Origin: a bacterium
Lineage (GTDB): Bacteria; J088; JAWLBW01
Direction of reading: 5' to 3'
Length of the DNA stretch: 64,000 bases
Assembly: GCA_041690355.1 (NCBI GenBank)
Contig: JAWLHK010000019.1
Location: 1 to 64,000 of the forward strand
Shown here: positions 27,592 through 38,400 of the stretch, one piece after another
Numbering within the stretch: the stretch's first letter is position 1
Layout: each line of letters opens with the position of its first letter
Program-made: the position numbers and the translations under genes
Notes under the pieces: model-generated
The model's database searches: none
The model's input: the letters and a program-made list of their open reading frames with translations, nothing else
What the model was told of the DNA's origin: nothing

Positions 27592-28374
27592 TCAGTGGAG
27601 GGAGGCGCGGAATCCGGCGGCTTCAGCCGCGGCGCCAACGGGGAAACAGGCTTCGGGAACGGTCACGCCGTAGTAGCTCCCGCCGGGAACGTGGTAGATC
27701 CGCTCTCCCGCCCGATTCACATTCCCCTTGACGGGACAGCCTTCGGGACACGCCCCGCCCGCCGGTTCGCACCCTTCCGCCGCTCCGGTCCATTCCGGAT
27801 CCGCCCTGCCTGAGCCGGTCTCCCCCGTCAGAAGCGACGGTTCGCCCCAGAGTCCGCGGCCGGCCTCTTTCGCTTCCCGGGCGATCGCGCGGAACTCCTC
27901 GGCATAGCGGACGTTGGGGGGAATGGTGAGAACGTCGGCCCACCCCCGGCGAAGGATCTCGCGATTGACCATCACGCGCCCGTTCTCCTGCCGCACGTAG
28001 AGATACGCCAGGAGGCGGCCGTACCTGTCGCGCTCCTGGACGTCAAACTCCACCTGCACCGGCCCCTCGCCGAGAATCCCGGCCGTGACGCGCGAGGCTT
28101 CGCGCCCGAGCGCCTGGATCGCTTCGGCCGGCCGGCCGCTCCGGCGCGCGTCGGCATCGAGTTTGCGGCTGGGATGTTTCTCCGGGGTATCCACGCCGAT
28201 GAGACGCACGCTCTCTTCGCGGCCGTTCATGCGCAGCACGACCGTGTCGCCGTCGACCACACGCACGAGGGGGAACGATGGAGACGGCTCGACGACGCCC
28301 TGGGCACGTGTCCCCGGGCATCCGGACAGGGCAAGGAGGGCAAGCGCCGGGGCGAGGAGAAACGCAATTCGCAT
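27592..28374 (-). CDS. Thermonuclease (SNase-like) lipoprotein with a small Cys-containing C-terminal domain
   Basis: Lipobox LSGC; RVVDGDT, VRLIGVDTPE, DRYGRLLAY, GRGLW; tail CPVKGNVN..IYHVPGGSYY..CF..AEAAGFRAS. Confidence 0.93.
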   Translation of the reverse strand: MRIAFLLAPALALLALSGCPGTRAQGVVEPSPSFPLVRVVDGDTVVLRMNGREESVRLIGVDTPEKHPSRKLDADARRSGRPAEAIQALGREASRVTAGILGEGPVQVEFDVQERDRYGRLLAYLYVRQENGRVMVNREILRRGWADVLTIPPNVRYAEEFRAIAREAKEAGRGLWGEPSLLTGETGSGRADPEWTGAAEGCEPAGGACPEGCPVKGNVNRAGERIYHVPGGSYYGVTVPEACFPVGAAAEAAGFRASLH

Positions 28375-28383
28375 ACGTCCGGT

Positions 28384-28392
28384 ATTGTACCA
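28384..28392 (-). promoter_or_regulatory. Extended -10 promoter, near-leaderless
   Basis: TGGTACAAT, 9 nt before ATG 28374; no Shine-Dalgarno. Confidence 0.55.
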
Positions 28393-28439
28393 GCCGGCCG
28401 CCAGCAGGGTGTTCAGATGCTACGGGCGGAATGTCTTGC

Positions 28440-30929
28440 TTAATGCGCGGCAGGCTCGTCGCGGTGGACCAATTCGAGAATTTCCGTGGGATGGAAGGGT
28501 TTCGATACGTAGCCGTCGAAGCCCTCGGCCATGAGGCGTTCGCGATCTCCCTTCATGGCATAGGCGGTCACCGCAAAGACCGGCGTCTCCCGATAGGCGT
28601 CCATGCGGCGCAGTCTGTGCAGAACCTCGACACCGTTTTGGCCCCGCAGGTCGATGTCCATGAACACCCGGTCGAAGTGCTCGTCGCGTGCCCGATCGAG
28701 CGCCTGGAGCGCGTCGTCGCACCAGACCACCGAGCCCTCGCGGACTAGGATTTCCTGGAGCAGCCGGCCGCACCCAGGGTCGTCTTCAACGACGAGAATG
28801 TGGTGCTCATGCGCCGGACTCTCGCCCGACGGCGCCGCCGTGCGCGCCTCGGTGAGCACGCCGCGCAGGATGACGACCGCCCGGGTGCCCCTCCCTGCGA
28901 TCGAGGCGACGTCGACGTCGCCCCCCTGTGCCCGGGCGAGCCGGCGCGCGACCGGAAGCCCCAGTCCAATGCCCTCATACGTGCGGGAAAGACCTTCTGA
29001 CTCCTGCCGGTAATCCTCGAAGACATTCGGAAGAAACGACGGGTGGATGCCGACGCCTGTGTCGGACACTTCGACGGCAACCAGCGGCTCCCGGGTCGAG
29101 CGATCGAACAGCATGCGGACATGGACACAGATCTCGCCGCGATCGGTGAAGCGCACGGCGTTGTCGAGCAGGTTCTGCAGGATATGCTCCTCGGCGCGCA
29201 CGTCGCTGTAGACCCAGTGGGCGTTCGCCGGATGGAAAAGCACCCTGACCCCTTTGCGCTCGGCGAGGGGACGCGTGCGCACCAGAACGCGCTCGATGGA
29301 CTCGTTCGCATCATGCAGGGTCGGCTGCAGCTCGAAACGCCCCGACTCCAGGCGGGCCAGATCGATCATGTTGCTCAGGGTGGCCAAAAGGCGCGAGCCC
29401 GCCTCGAAAATGACCTGGCCGAAGCGAGCCGCGTCCTCGGGCACCATACCGCGCCCCAGGAGTTCGGCATACCCGAGGATTGTCGTGAGCGGGGTCCTGA
29501 TTTCATGGCTCATGTTCGAGAGAATGGCCGTCTTGAGCCGGTTCGCCTCTTCGGCGCGGTCACGCGCCTCCCGCAGCTTGGCCTCGAGATCCTTCGCTTC
29601 CGTAATATCGTGCAGCGACCCGAGTACGCACGCCCCCCGCGCACCGTTTCCGGCCGTGCGCACCTGGCCGCGGGCAACATACCAGCGGATCGAGCCGTCG
29701 GGATGGACGATGCGGTGTTCGGACACGAGCGCCTCGGTCCGGCTCGTCAGCGTCTCCCTGACCCGCATGCGATCGACCGGGTGTACGGCGGCCAGATACG
29801 AATCGAGGGTGGCGGGAAATGCCCCCAGGCCGCTTCCGAACAGGCGCTCGGCCGATTCAGACCAGATCATCGAACCGGTCTGCAGGTCGATCTCCCAGAT
29901 GGCAGTATGTGCCGCCTCGAGTGCAAGGCGCAGCCAGCGTTCACGGGCCTGGACGCGCTGTTCGACCGCCCGGCGCTGCGAGACGTCCCGCGCGATGCCT
30001 TCAGCGGCGACGATGCGCCCATGGTCGAAGATCGGCGCCACGTTCAGCTCCAGCCACAGATAGTCGCCGGCGCGGGTCTTCCAGCGCAGCTCATGGGGCC
30101 CCTCCCAATGCGAGAAACGATCGGAGAGCTGCCGCAGCAGACGTTTGCGGTCTTCGCGGTGCAGGAGCCGGATCACCAGCTCCGGATCGGCGTAGAAAGC
30201 TTCGGGATCATATCCGACCACCTGCTCTACGCTCCGGTTGATGAACGTCAGCCGGGGCTCGGGCGCGAGTTCGACGCGGAAGATGATGTCCTGTACGTTG
30301 TCGGCGAGCGTCTTGAGATTCGCCTCGAGAATACGCCGCTGTTTCTCCTGCGCCCGATGCGCCCGATACCAGCGCCGGAAGATGCTGCGCCGTACCGTGA
30401 ATGCGACCCCCGAGATCAGGGCCGCCGTCGCAAGGCCGAAGGCATAGTGCATCCAGACGGGCTCGGGCACGCCGAGCCGGGACACGGCCCCGCCCCAGGC
30501 GACGGCGATGAGGACCACAGTGCCCGCCAGCCAGGGGAGGGAGGCGAAAAACAGGCCGGCGGCCGCCACAATCAGCATCAGGTTCGTGGTCTGGCGAACA
30601 TCCCCGAGCAGAAGGAGGTGCAGCAGGGAATTCGCGAGCACGACGACGCCGACACCCATCGCCACCGGATTCGGGTGCGCCAACGGACGGCGACTGTGGA
30701 GCAAGACTGCCAGAGCGCCGAACAATACGGCGGTCAGAAGGGCGGCCGCGGCCATGCGCAGGTCGTTCGGCGGTTCGATCAGACGCAGGTGGCCGACCGT
30801 AAACACGAGATAAAGAACCGCCAGCGCCGCCGACAGCGGTATCAGGGCGTCGCCGGTCGACGCGGCGAACGTCCGCCCGAAATCATCCGGTGCGGGCGCA
30901 TCCCGTTCTCGAGTGTGGCGCACGAGCAT
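28440..30929 (-). CDS. Membrane hybrid sensor histidine kinase (TM-PAS-PAS-HisKA-HATPase-REC)
   Basis: SNMSHEIRTPL, NLLDNAVRFT, VSDTGVGI, GIGLGL; receiver VVEDD..FMD..VTA..SKPF; start reassigned to MLVRH at 30929. Confidence 0.92.
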   Translation of the reverse strand: MLVRHTRERDAPAPDDFGRTFAASTGDALIPLSAALAVLYLVFTVGHLRLIEPPNDLRMAAAALLTAVLFGALAVLLHSRRPLAHPNPVAMGVGVVVLANSLLHLLLLGDVRQTTNLMLIVAAAGLFFASLPWLAGTVVLIAVAWGGAVSRLGVPEPVWMHYAFGLATAALISGVAFTVRRSIFRRWYRAHRAQEKQRRILEANLKTLADNVQDIIFRVELAPEPRLTFINRSVEQVVGYDPEAFYADPELVIRLLHREDRKRLLRQLSDRFSHWEGPHELRWKTRAGDYLWLELNVAPIFDHGRIVAAEGIARDVSQRRAVEQRVQARERWLRLALEAAHTAIWEIDLQTGSMIWSESAERLFGSGLGAFPATLDSYLAAVHPVDRMRVRETLTSRTEALVSEHRIVHPDGSIRWYVARGQVRTAGNGARGACVLGSLHDITEAKDLEAKLREARDRAEEANRLKTAILSNMSHEIRTPLTTILGYAELLGRGMVPEDAARFGQVIFEAGSRLLATLSNMIDLARLESGRFELQPTLHDANESIERVLVRTRPLAERKGVRVLFHPANAHWVYSDVRAEEHILQNLLDNAVRFTDRGEICVHVRMLFDRSTREPLVAVEVSDTGVGIHPSFLPNVFEDYRQESEGLSRTYEGIGLGLPVARRLARAQGGDVDVASIAGRGTRAVVILRGVLTEARTAAPSGESPAHEHHILVVEDDPGCGRLLQEILVREGSVVWCDDALQALDRARDEHFDRVFMDIDLRGQNGVEVLHRLRRMDAYRETPVFAVTAYAMKGDRERLMAEGFDGYVSKPFHPTEILELVHRDEPAAH

Positions 30930-31119
30930 TTTTCCCTGCGCACCATGTTTGCAGGACTCCGGACTGCCGACAAGCGACACCGCCTGGTAATAAGGCTGCG
31001 AAGAACAGAGACCGGGGGGTGCTGGGCAGGACGGCGCATGCCCGACGCTCGGCACCAGAAGCGCCGTCAGGCAGGGCCTGCATCCGGAACCCGCCCGGCC
31101 AGCCGGGCCCGGCCGCCGA

Positions 31120-31758
31120 CTATCGCTCGGGATCTTCTGCGATGCGCGTGACGGTCATGCCCTTGCCTTCGACGGCGCGGGCGACGTAGGCGTCTGCGGT
31201 CGCCGTGAGGCCGCGGGCCCGGTCAAGGTACATGCGCACGCGGCGAGCCAGATCGGGGGGGGCCGCCGAAGGCTCGGCCCAGCGGTCGGAGGGAAACTGG
31301 CTGTCGAAGGCGGCCAGGGTCGCAGAAGACAGCAGGTGAAGCTGGGCGACGGAGTCGTAGACGCCGGCCAGGTAGCGGGCCGCGACGGCAAAGGCGCCGC
31401 GGTTCAGGGCGTCGTAGCGTTCGGCGATTCCGTCCCGTTCCCGGGCCAGCGCGGCCACGTCGCGGTGCATCTGCTCGCGCCACTGCGCCAGCGTCCAGGG
31501 TGCCACATGGGCGGCGGCCGTCGTGACTTCGAGCGGGGTTCCGGTCACGGCTTCGGCAAACAGTTCTTCTTCGCCCGACGAGGCGACGTCGAACTGCACC
31601 GGCCGGTTCGGCAGCTTCGGGATGGGCCCCCTGAGAACGCTCGACTTCGCCGGCTTGGCCTTCGTCCTGCGCTTCGACTTTGCCTCGGCGGGCAGCACGG
31701 CCACGGCGAGCAGAAGCCCGACCAGGCCGAGGATTGCCGCTGGACCGAAGCGCCGCAT
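31120..31758 (-). CDS. Secreted hypothetical protein
   Basis: Signal peptide MRRFGPAAILGLVGLLLAVAVLPAEA; 6 nt after the TonB-C gene on the same strand. Confidence 0.7.
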   Translation of the reverse strand: MRRFGPAAILGLVGLLLAVAVLPAEAKSKRRTKAKPAKSSVLRGPIPKLPNRPVQFDVASSGEEELFAEAVTGTPLEVTTAAAHVAPWTLAQWREQMHRDVAALARERDGIAERYDALNRGAFAVAARYLAGVYDSVAQLHLLSSATLAAFDSQFPSDRWAEPSAAPPDLARRVRMYLDRARGLTATADAYVARAVEGKGMTVTRIAEDPER

Positions 31759-31764
31759 GCCCGA

Positions 31765-33135
31765 TCAGCCGTTCGAGGTGAAGATGAACGGGTACTCGAC
31801 GGTGACCTGGCCGCCCTTGGGCGCGGGGAACTTCCAGCGCCGGATCATGCGCAGCATGCACTGCTCGGCTTCGGCGTTGCCCAGGGTGGAGTTGAGCACC
31901 GAGTACGAAACGACATCGCCCGTCTCACCGATGGTGAAGGCGACGAGCACCTTGCCCGACAGCTTGGGATTGTTCTTGAGTTCCTTCTCGTAGCAGTACT
32001 TGATGCCCGAGAGTTTGCTCTTCACGACCGCCGCGATGGCGGCGCTGTCGAGCGCGCCGCTGGCGGTGATTTCGCCGGTGGCGATGTCAGACTGCACCTG
32101 CGTGGCCTGTTTCTTGCCCAGATCGGCGCCGCGCCCGGGTCCGCCGGTGTTGATGGCCCCGATGTCGGCGGTGCCGTACGAGTCGCCGCCGCGGGTGCCG
32201 CCGAGCTTCAGATCGGACCCGGTCTTGGCCACGCCGAGGCCGCTCCCCTTCATGCTGTCGAGTGCCTTGTCGAGGTCACTGTTGAGCCCGCCTTCACTCA
32301 GCACGTCGCGCAGGGCGCCGTTGCTCCCCTTCGAGCCGATGATGGCGAGCAGGCCGGTCTTCTTGACCTTCTCCTTGATCTCGGCCTTACGCTCGGAGTC
32401 GCTCTTCGCCCCTTCGGCGGGCGCATTCTCGGCGGGTGCGGCCTCCTGGACGGGCGCTTCTTCCTTGGGCGCCTCAGAGCGCTTCGCGGGGGCCTGTTCG
32501 ACCGGCTTGGGTTCTTCTTCGACCGGGGCGATGAACTTGGCGAACCGCTCGGGAATCTCGGCCGTCTGGAACGGATCGTTCACGATGACCCGCGTCGAGA
32601 AGAAGATCATGATCAGCAGGTGCACGAGCAGGCTGACCACGGCGACCTTCATGAAGGTCGAAAAACGCGTTTCGGAGAAAATGCGGTACGCGGCGAGCAG
32701 GTCGCCGGCGAGGACGCCGCCGCCGGCGGCTCCGGCCGGAACGGCGCGGGGCGCGGCAGCCTGCGGAGCCGCGACCGGCGCGGCCACGGCGGCCTCACCG
32801 ATGTGGAGAGACCAGCCGCCCAGGCTTACCTCGGCGCTCGCCCCCTGCGGCAGACGCATCGTTTCCATACCCTCGGCGGCCACCGTGAACCCCTTCGCCT
32901 TCAACTCGGCGAGGGTCGCGACGGTGTTCCCCTTCGAAAGCTTCAGATCCATGCCCGGCGCCAGGCGAAGCACGACGGCCCCCCCCTGGAGCGCGACCAG
33001 AGCGTGCCCCTGCGGAAACGGCGATCCGGCCGGTGCAAGATCGCCCCCGATGCGCAGCGCCGATCCTTCTTCGAGCGCAGCCTGAACGGTCTTGACGAGC
33101 TTGCCGGACTGCTTAAGGGTGACCTGAATCTTCAT
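31765..33135 (-). CDS. AgmX/PglI-type TonB C-terminal domain protein (GltG-like)
   Basis: Cytoplasmic beta domain, TM with SLLVH (TonB SHLS-like), P/E/K linker, Gly-rich region, IKYCYEKELKNNPKLSGKVLVAFTI..EQCMLRMIRRWKFPAPKGGQVTVEYPFIF. Confidence 0.88.
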   Translation of the reverse strand: MKIQVTLKQSGKLVKTVQAALEEGSALRIGGDLAPAGSPFPQGHALVALQGGAVVLRLAPGMDLKLSKGNTVATLAELKAKGFTVAAEGMETMRLPQGASAEVSLGGWSLHIGEAAVAAPVAAPQAAAPRAVPAGAAGGGVLAGDLLAAYRIFSETRFSTFMKVAVVSLLVHLLIMIFFSTRVIVNDPFQTAEIPERFAKFIAPVEEEPKPVEQAPAKRSEAPKEEAPVQEAAPAENAPAEGAKSDSERKAEIKEKVKKTGLLAIIGSKGSNGALRDVLSEGGLNSDLDKALDSMKGSGLGVAKTGSDLKLGGTRGGDSYGTADIGAINTGGPGRGADLGKKQATQVQSDIATGEITASGALDSAAIAAVVKSKLSGIKYCYEKELKNNPKLSGKVLVAFTIGETGDVVSYSVLNSTLGNAEAEQCMLRMIRRWKFPAPKGGQVTVEYPFIFTSNG

Positions 33136-33156
33136 GGATGCCTCAACTTCACGGAA

Positions 33157-33426
33157 TCACGGGCGCGGGTCGAACAGGTCGTCGGCGAGCGACTCGGCAA
33201 TGCGCGGCGTCACGGCCGGCGCCTTGCCCTTGAGGTTGTCGCTCAACGAGATCTGATTCGAGCGCTGAATAATATAACTCGCCTGGGGTTTCTGCAGCTC
33301 ACCTTCGACGGTAAGCGTGTCCATCTTGATGGCGCCCCGTCGGGAGGCCTGTTGAGCCTCGACCGGCGCGGCGAATGCGAGGGCCGTTGCGGCGGCCGCC
33401 AGCCATGGTAGCGTCTTCCCCATCAC
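33157..33426 (-). CDS. Small secreted GltF/CglF-like protein
   Basis: Signal peptide, then DTLTVEGELQKPQASYII, resembling the CglF (I/V)xGELxKP motif; sits between GltE-like and GltG-like genes. Confidence 0.75.
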   Translation of the reverse strand: MMGKTLPWLAAAATALAFAAPVEAQQASRRGAIKMDTLTVEGELQKPQASYIIQRSNQISLSDNLKGKAPAVTPRIAESLADDLFDPRP

Positions 33427-33435
33427 AGCCTGATC

Positions 33436-33463
33436 ATCTTAGCATATTCTCTTGCCCGTTCAA
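33436..33463 (-). promoter_or_regulatory. Internal promoter for the gltF/gltG-like genes, near-leaderless
   Basis: TTGAAC-16 nt-TAAGAT with a TG extension, 9 nt before GTG 33426. Confidence 0.5.
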
Positions 33464-33476
33464 GGGCTTAGGCCGT

Positions 33477-35480
33477 TTACGGGGCACGGGATTCTCCCCC
33501 CGGCGAGGTGCCGTCCTGCGACGGAACCGGCGACGGGTCCTGCGCTGCGTCTCCGGCTTCGGGCGACGCCCCTTCGGTCGTCTGCGGAGCTGTCTCGTCG
33601 AGGGGCGGTAAGTCGTCGGCCGGATCCAGCGCCTCGACCGCCTGCGCGGCCGGTGCTTCTGACGGCTCGTCCGCATGCGCCGGTTCGGTCGGCTCGGGCG
33701 TCGAAGCCGTGGACGGGGCTTCAGCCGGCGGCGCGGCTGCCTCGTCAAGCGTCGGCAGGTCGTCAGCCGGATCGACTGTGGCGGCGGGTGGGGCCGGTTC
33801 TGCGTCGCCCGGCGCCGGATTCGAGGGCGCTTCGGCCGGATCGAGCGCTTCGCCCCGGGCCGGAGCCTCATCTCCGATCTCGACCGCTTCGACCGGTTTC
33901 GCCTGCCCTCCCTCGACCGCCTCGACCGGCTGAGCCGAGGGGGGCGCATCCTGTACCGCCTGCGATGGTGCGTCGTCGGCCGCCGGCGCGGGCTGAACCG
34001 GGGACGCGGGCAGAGCGGCCTCGCTCGAAGGCGCGGACGCCGCGGGTTCGGCGGACCCACCGGGCGCCGGGGCGGTTTCCGCGGGATCCGCTGCGGTTTC
34101 TGCGGACTCCGGGGCGACCGCCACCGGACCCGTGACCGGGTCTGCAGCCTGATCGACCGGCAGACCGGCCGTCGCCCCGGTTCCGTCGGTGGCCGGCTGC
34201 GAAGCCTGGGCCTCGGACTGCGACGCTCCGGTCACCGCCAGGGGAGCGTCAGCCGCTTCGGTCGCGGCGCGTGCGGCCATCTCGGCCTGCAGGCGCCGCT
34301 GCTCTTCGGCGAGCCGCCGCGCCTCTTCTTCGGCCTGGCGACGGCGTTCCTCTTCTTCTTTCCGCTTCTGCTCGGCCAGGGCCGCTTCGCGCTCGAGGCG
34401 CCGCTTGCGTTCCTGCTCGAGCCGCTCGAGCTCCGACTGCAGGCGCGCAATCCGCTCGTTCACTTCGGCCGTCAGCTCCGCCGGAAAATCCGGGCGATCG
34501 CGCAGCGCCTCCCAGGCCGGAACCGCCTCGGTCGGATTCCCCGCGTAATCGTCGTAGAGAACGGCCAGGTTGAAACGGGCGTCGAGCAGTCCGTCGTTGA
34601 TTTCGACCGCCTTCTCGTAACTTTCGACCGCTTCGGTATAGCGCCCCAGTTTGCGCAGGGCGACACCACGGTTGACGTAGGCCTGCGCGTAATTGACGTT
34701 CGCCTCAACGGCTTTGTCGAGGTACTCGAGCGCCTTGTCGGGCTCATCCTTGCGCAGGGCGACGAGACCAAGGCCGTTCCACGCCGAGTCGTTCTTCGTA
34801 TCGATGCTGACGGCCTGGTGAAACTCACGCTCGGCCACGAGCACCCGATCGAGCTTGTAGTAAACCTGCCCCAGCGAGCTGCGCAACACCGGGTCGGTCG
34901 GGTTGTCCTTGAGCAGCTCGTTCAGAACCTGCAGGGCCATGTCGTAATGGCCGCGGTCATAGTAAATGAGTCCGACGTTGAGCTTGGCGCCGTAGATCAC
35001 GCCGTACTTGCGCGTAAGCTTGATGCTCTCCTTCAACGATTCGTCGAGGCGCCCGGTCAGGCGGTAGAGCGCCGCCAGATTCGTGCGCGCCCGCGGGTCG
35101 TCGACGTTCGTCGCGAACAGCTCCTCGAGCACCCGGATCGCTTCCGCATAGTTCCCCCGCGCCCGGTAGAGGTCGGCGAGGTTGACGGCGGCCGGGATGT
35201 GGGTCGGTTGAATAACGATGGCCTGCCGGTAGCTCTCCTCGGCATCCGCCAGACGGCCCGTATCCGCGTACATCAGCGCGAGCTCATAGTGCACATCCGC
35301 ATTTTCGGCCTGTGTCTTCGCCAGCTGTTCGTAGTACGCCAGGGTGCCGGGGGCGGACGCGAGAGCCTGTTGCCCGGCGTGCTCGACGCGGGACCCCTGC
35401 GAACCGGCGCAGGCCGACACGGCGAGAATGGCCGCGGTCACCGCCCAGCGGCGGATTGCGATGGAATGCTCAGTTCGCAA
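33477..35480 (-). CDS. TPR lipoprotein (GltE-like) with a coiled coil and a long acidic Ala/Pro tail
   Basis: Lipobox AVSAC, about 9 TPRs, EEE/RRR coiled coil, low-complexity tail; probable TTG start at 35480 (track uses 35519). Confidence 0.8.
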   Translation of the reverse strand: MRTEHSIAIRRWAVTAAILAVSACAGSQGSRVEHAGQQALASAPGTLAYYEQLAKTQAENADVHYELALMYADTGRLADAEESYRQAIVIQPTHIPAAVNLADLYRARGNYAEAIRVLEELFATNVDDPRARTNLAALYRLTGRLDESLKESIKLTRKYGVIYGAKLNVGLIYYDRGHYDMALQVLNELLKDNPTDPVLRSSLGQVYYKLDRVLVAEREFHQAVSIDTKNDSAWNGLGLVALRKDEPDKALEYLDKAVEANVNYAQAYVNRGVALRKLGRYTEAVESYEKAVEINDGLLDARFNLAVLYDDYAGNPTEAVPAWEALRDRPDFPAELTAEVNERIARLQSELERLEQERKRRLEREAALAEQKRKEEEERRRQAEEEARRLAEEQRRLQAEMAARAATEAADAPLAVTGASQSEAQASQPATDGTGATAGLPVDQAADPVTGPVAVAPESAETAADPAETAPAPGGSAEPAASAPSSEAALPASPVQPAPAADDAPSQAVQDAPPSAQPVEAVEGGQAKPVEAVEIGDEAPARGEALDPAEAPSNPAPGDAEPAPPAATVDPADDLPTLDEAAAPPAEAPSTASTPEPTEPAHADEPSEAPAAQAVEALDPADDLPPLDETAPQTTEGASPEAGDAAQDPSPVPSQDGTSPGGESRAP

Positions 35481-38400
35481 GGCGCAGCTCCCGGGGGGCC
35501 TCGATGACCAACCCTTCACCCGACAGCAGCAGCGTCGACCGCGTGCCGCCCTTGAGAATACTTCGCTGAGCCCGCGTCAGCTCGATCTTCTTCTCCTTGC
35601 CTTCCTCGACGCCGGTCTGGTCGGCGTACAGCACCTTGCCGTCACGGATCTCATACCCGGCGGCCCGGTCGGTCGTCGGTCCGAAGCGATAGAAGAACTC
35701 GTTCTGGCCCAGCACGGTGCGCTCGTTCGCGCGCGCCCGCTCGAGGTTCGGGTTCAGCTTGCGCAGGCGGGTGCGCGTCAGCTCGGTCCACTCGTTCTCG
35801 ATGCCGTTCTTGAGCGAGGTGTCGAGCTGGCGCTGAAATGCCTGCAACGCCTTGTCTTCGATGGGGAAGGCCTGATCCTGCAGCTCGAGCTGATAGATCT
35901 CGGCCTCTTCTTCGCTCAGCTCGGGGGGCACCGGCGCCGTGAAGAGCGTGTCAGCGAAATTCTGATACGCCTCGCCGATGAGGTACAGGGCCGCGCTCGC
36001 CCACTCGGGATCCCCGAACATGACGACCTCGGTCATGACGCCGACGATTTTCTGCAGTTCGGCGGCCTTCTGCTCCAGCTGCTTGGCCATGCGCGACGCC
36101 GGGAGCGTCAGCTTCATCGCGGCGTACTCATCGAAGCGTTCCTGAGCCGCGAGAAACGCGCCGTGCGCGCCGTAGCCCGGCGGGGCGATCTTACCCCCCG
36201 CCGTCCACGCCTTGTAGACGTTCGTGGTCTCGACGAGAAGTTCACGCGAACGCTCGGCGTTGCCGAGCTTCTCTTCGCACATCGCCCATTTGTACCAGGC
36301 CTCGACGAGCAGCTCCTTGGGCTCGTGCTTGCCGCGGATGTAATTCTCATATACCAGCGCCGCGTTGGCCCAGTCTTCGTTCTTGTAGTAGGCGTCGGCG
36401 GCGAAAAAGAGCACCTGTGCCAGATCGGTGCGCTTGGGATACCGGTTCACGTACTCGAGGTACACCGATGCGGCGCGATCCAGGTCGCCCATCTTTTCGA
36501 GCAGCAGCGCCGAGTTGTAGACCGCGTCGGGGCCTTCTTTCTCGTTGGGGAACTCGCGGGCCAGCTTGAGGTAGTAACGGACGGCGCCCAGATAATTCAG
36601 CACCCGTTCATTGTTCCGCGCGAGCAGAAAGACGGCCTTGGGAATGAACTCGCTGGTCGGATACGCTGCCAGGAGACGCTCGAAAACGGCGATGGACTCG
36701 TAGTAGCGGGCTTCCTTCTCGAGATTGAGGCCGGCATTGAAGAGCGCGTCGTCGGCGAACTCCGACGTGGGGAACCGGCCGACCATGTCCTGATAGATGA
36801 CGGCCGCGCGGCGCCGGTTGCCTTTCTGCTCTTCGCTCTGCGCATCCTTGAAAATGGAGGCCGACAGAATGCCGCCGAGGTACTGGGCGACCTCGTCGCG
36901 GCGGCCCAGGCTCGACTCGAGCACCTCGTAGGCATACTGGTTGAGCGCGTTGAAGTTGCGCTCCAGCGTAAAGGTGATGACCACGTTCTTCAGGGCGTCG
37001 AAGACCAGGTCGTGCGTCGGCCAGGTGTCGATGAAGGTCAGAAAGACGGCGCGCGCGTCTCCGTAGCGTCCATACCGCAGCAGAATCTGGCCGTTGTTGT
37101 AGACCAGCGTCGCGTTGCGCTCGCTCTGGGGAAAAAGGTCCATGTAATAGCGCGCCGCCTCGAGCAGCTTCTGCGCCTCCTGCGGAAACTGCGGCAGCGC
37201 CCCCAGCTGCGCCTGCTCCGTCGCATCGGTCACCGGCTCGCCCCCCCGCTTGACCATCGCTTCGAAGTAGCCCAGCGCCTTGCGGCCGGTGAAGCCCGTC
37301 TCGTACTCTGCCAGCCAGTTGCGATACGAGAGCACCATGTTCCAGGCGGCGTCGGCGAAGAACTTGTTGTTCGGCGTGACGAGGTCCTGCGTGACGCCGC
37401 GATAGCGCTCGCCCGCCTCGGCCCACTGGCGCTTGGCGAAGAGGATTTCAGCCAGGAGAAACCCGACCTCGGCCCCCCGCTTGCTTTCGGGGAACCAGCG
37501 CAGGAAGTCTGCGTAGCTGTCGGCGGCCGTCTGGTAGTAGCGGGCGGCGCGCACCTCGTTCGGCTCGACGTCGCCGGCCGTATCGAGATCCTTGCGGCCC
37601 TCGCGCTTCTTTGCGTCCGCCTTCTTGTCGTCGGGTTTCTTCTCGTCCCCCTTCGGCTCGGGAACGGGAACGAAACTGTCGCTCTCGTCGCCGCTCAGCT
37701 TGAGCGCCCGGGCGTGCCAGAACTTGGCGTATTCGTACTGGAGGTTCTCGGTCAGCTCACGCGTGCGGCCGGCGAGCGCCGGATCGGCGGCCGGCGCCGT
37801 CGACGTTCCCGCATAATGGCGAAACCAGGTTGAAGCGGGCCCGTACTCGCGCACGAGCCGGCTGCGGATGGCGAAGGCCGACTCCAGATCGGAGAGCCGC
37901 TGATAGGTCTCCATGACCTTGACCAGCAGCTCGGGGTTGCCCGTATGCAGCGGAAACAGCTCGGTCACGCGCAGATAGGCCTCGATCCCTTCGAGATAGC
38001 GTGTCTGATCGAAAAGAACGTCGGCGTACCCGAGATAAAGGTCGATGGCGTACCGGCGCTCGCCGATGCGCTGCATGAAGGCCTCGAGGGCTGCAAGCCC
38101 CCCTTCGTCGCTGAAGCTGATGCCGATGTACTTGAGCGCTTCGCGGCGCATGGCGCTCTCGCCGGTGCGCCGCCGGTCGGCGTCATCGATGACCGCGATG
38201 AAGTACCGGTTGGCCTGCTCCAGCTCGCCGAGCCGGTAGTGGGTCCACCCCATCTTGTAGAGCGCCTTGTCGTACAGCGAGGGGTCCTTCAACTTGAGCG
38301 TCTCGTTGTACGCTGCAAGCGCGGTCCGGTACTCGCCCACCTCGAACCAGAACTCACCCATGCGGAAGTGGACTTCGGCGGCGAACTTGGAGTCGGGACG

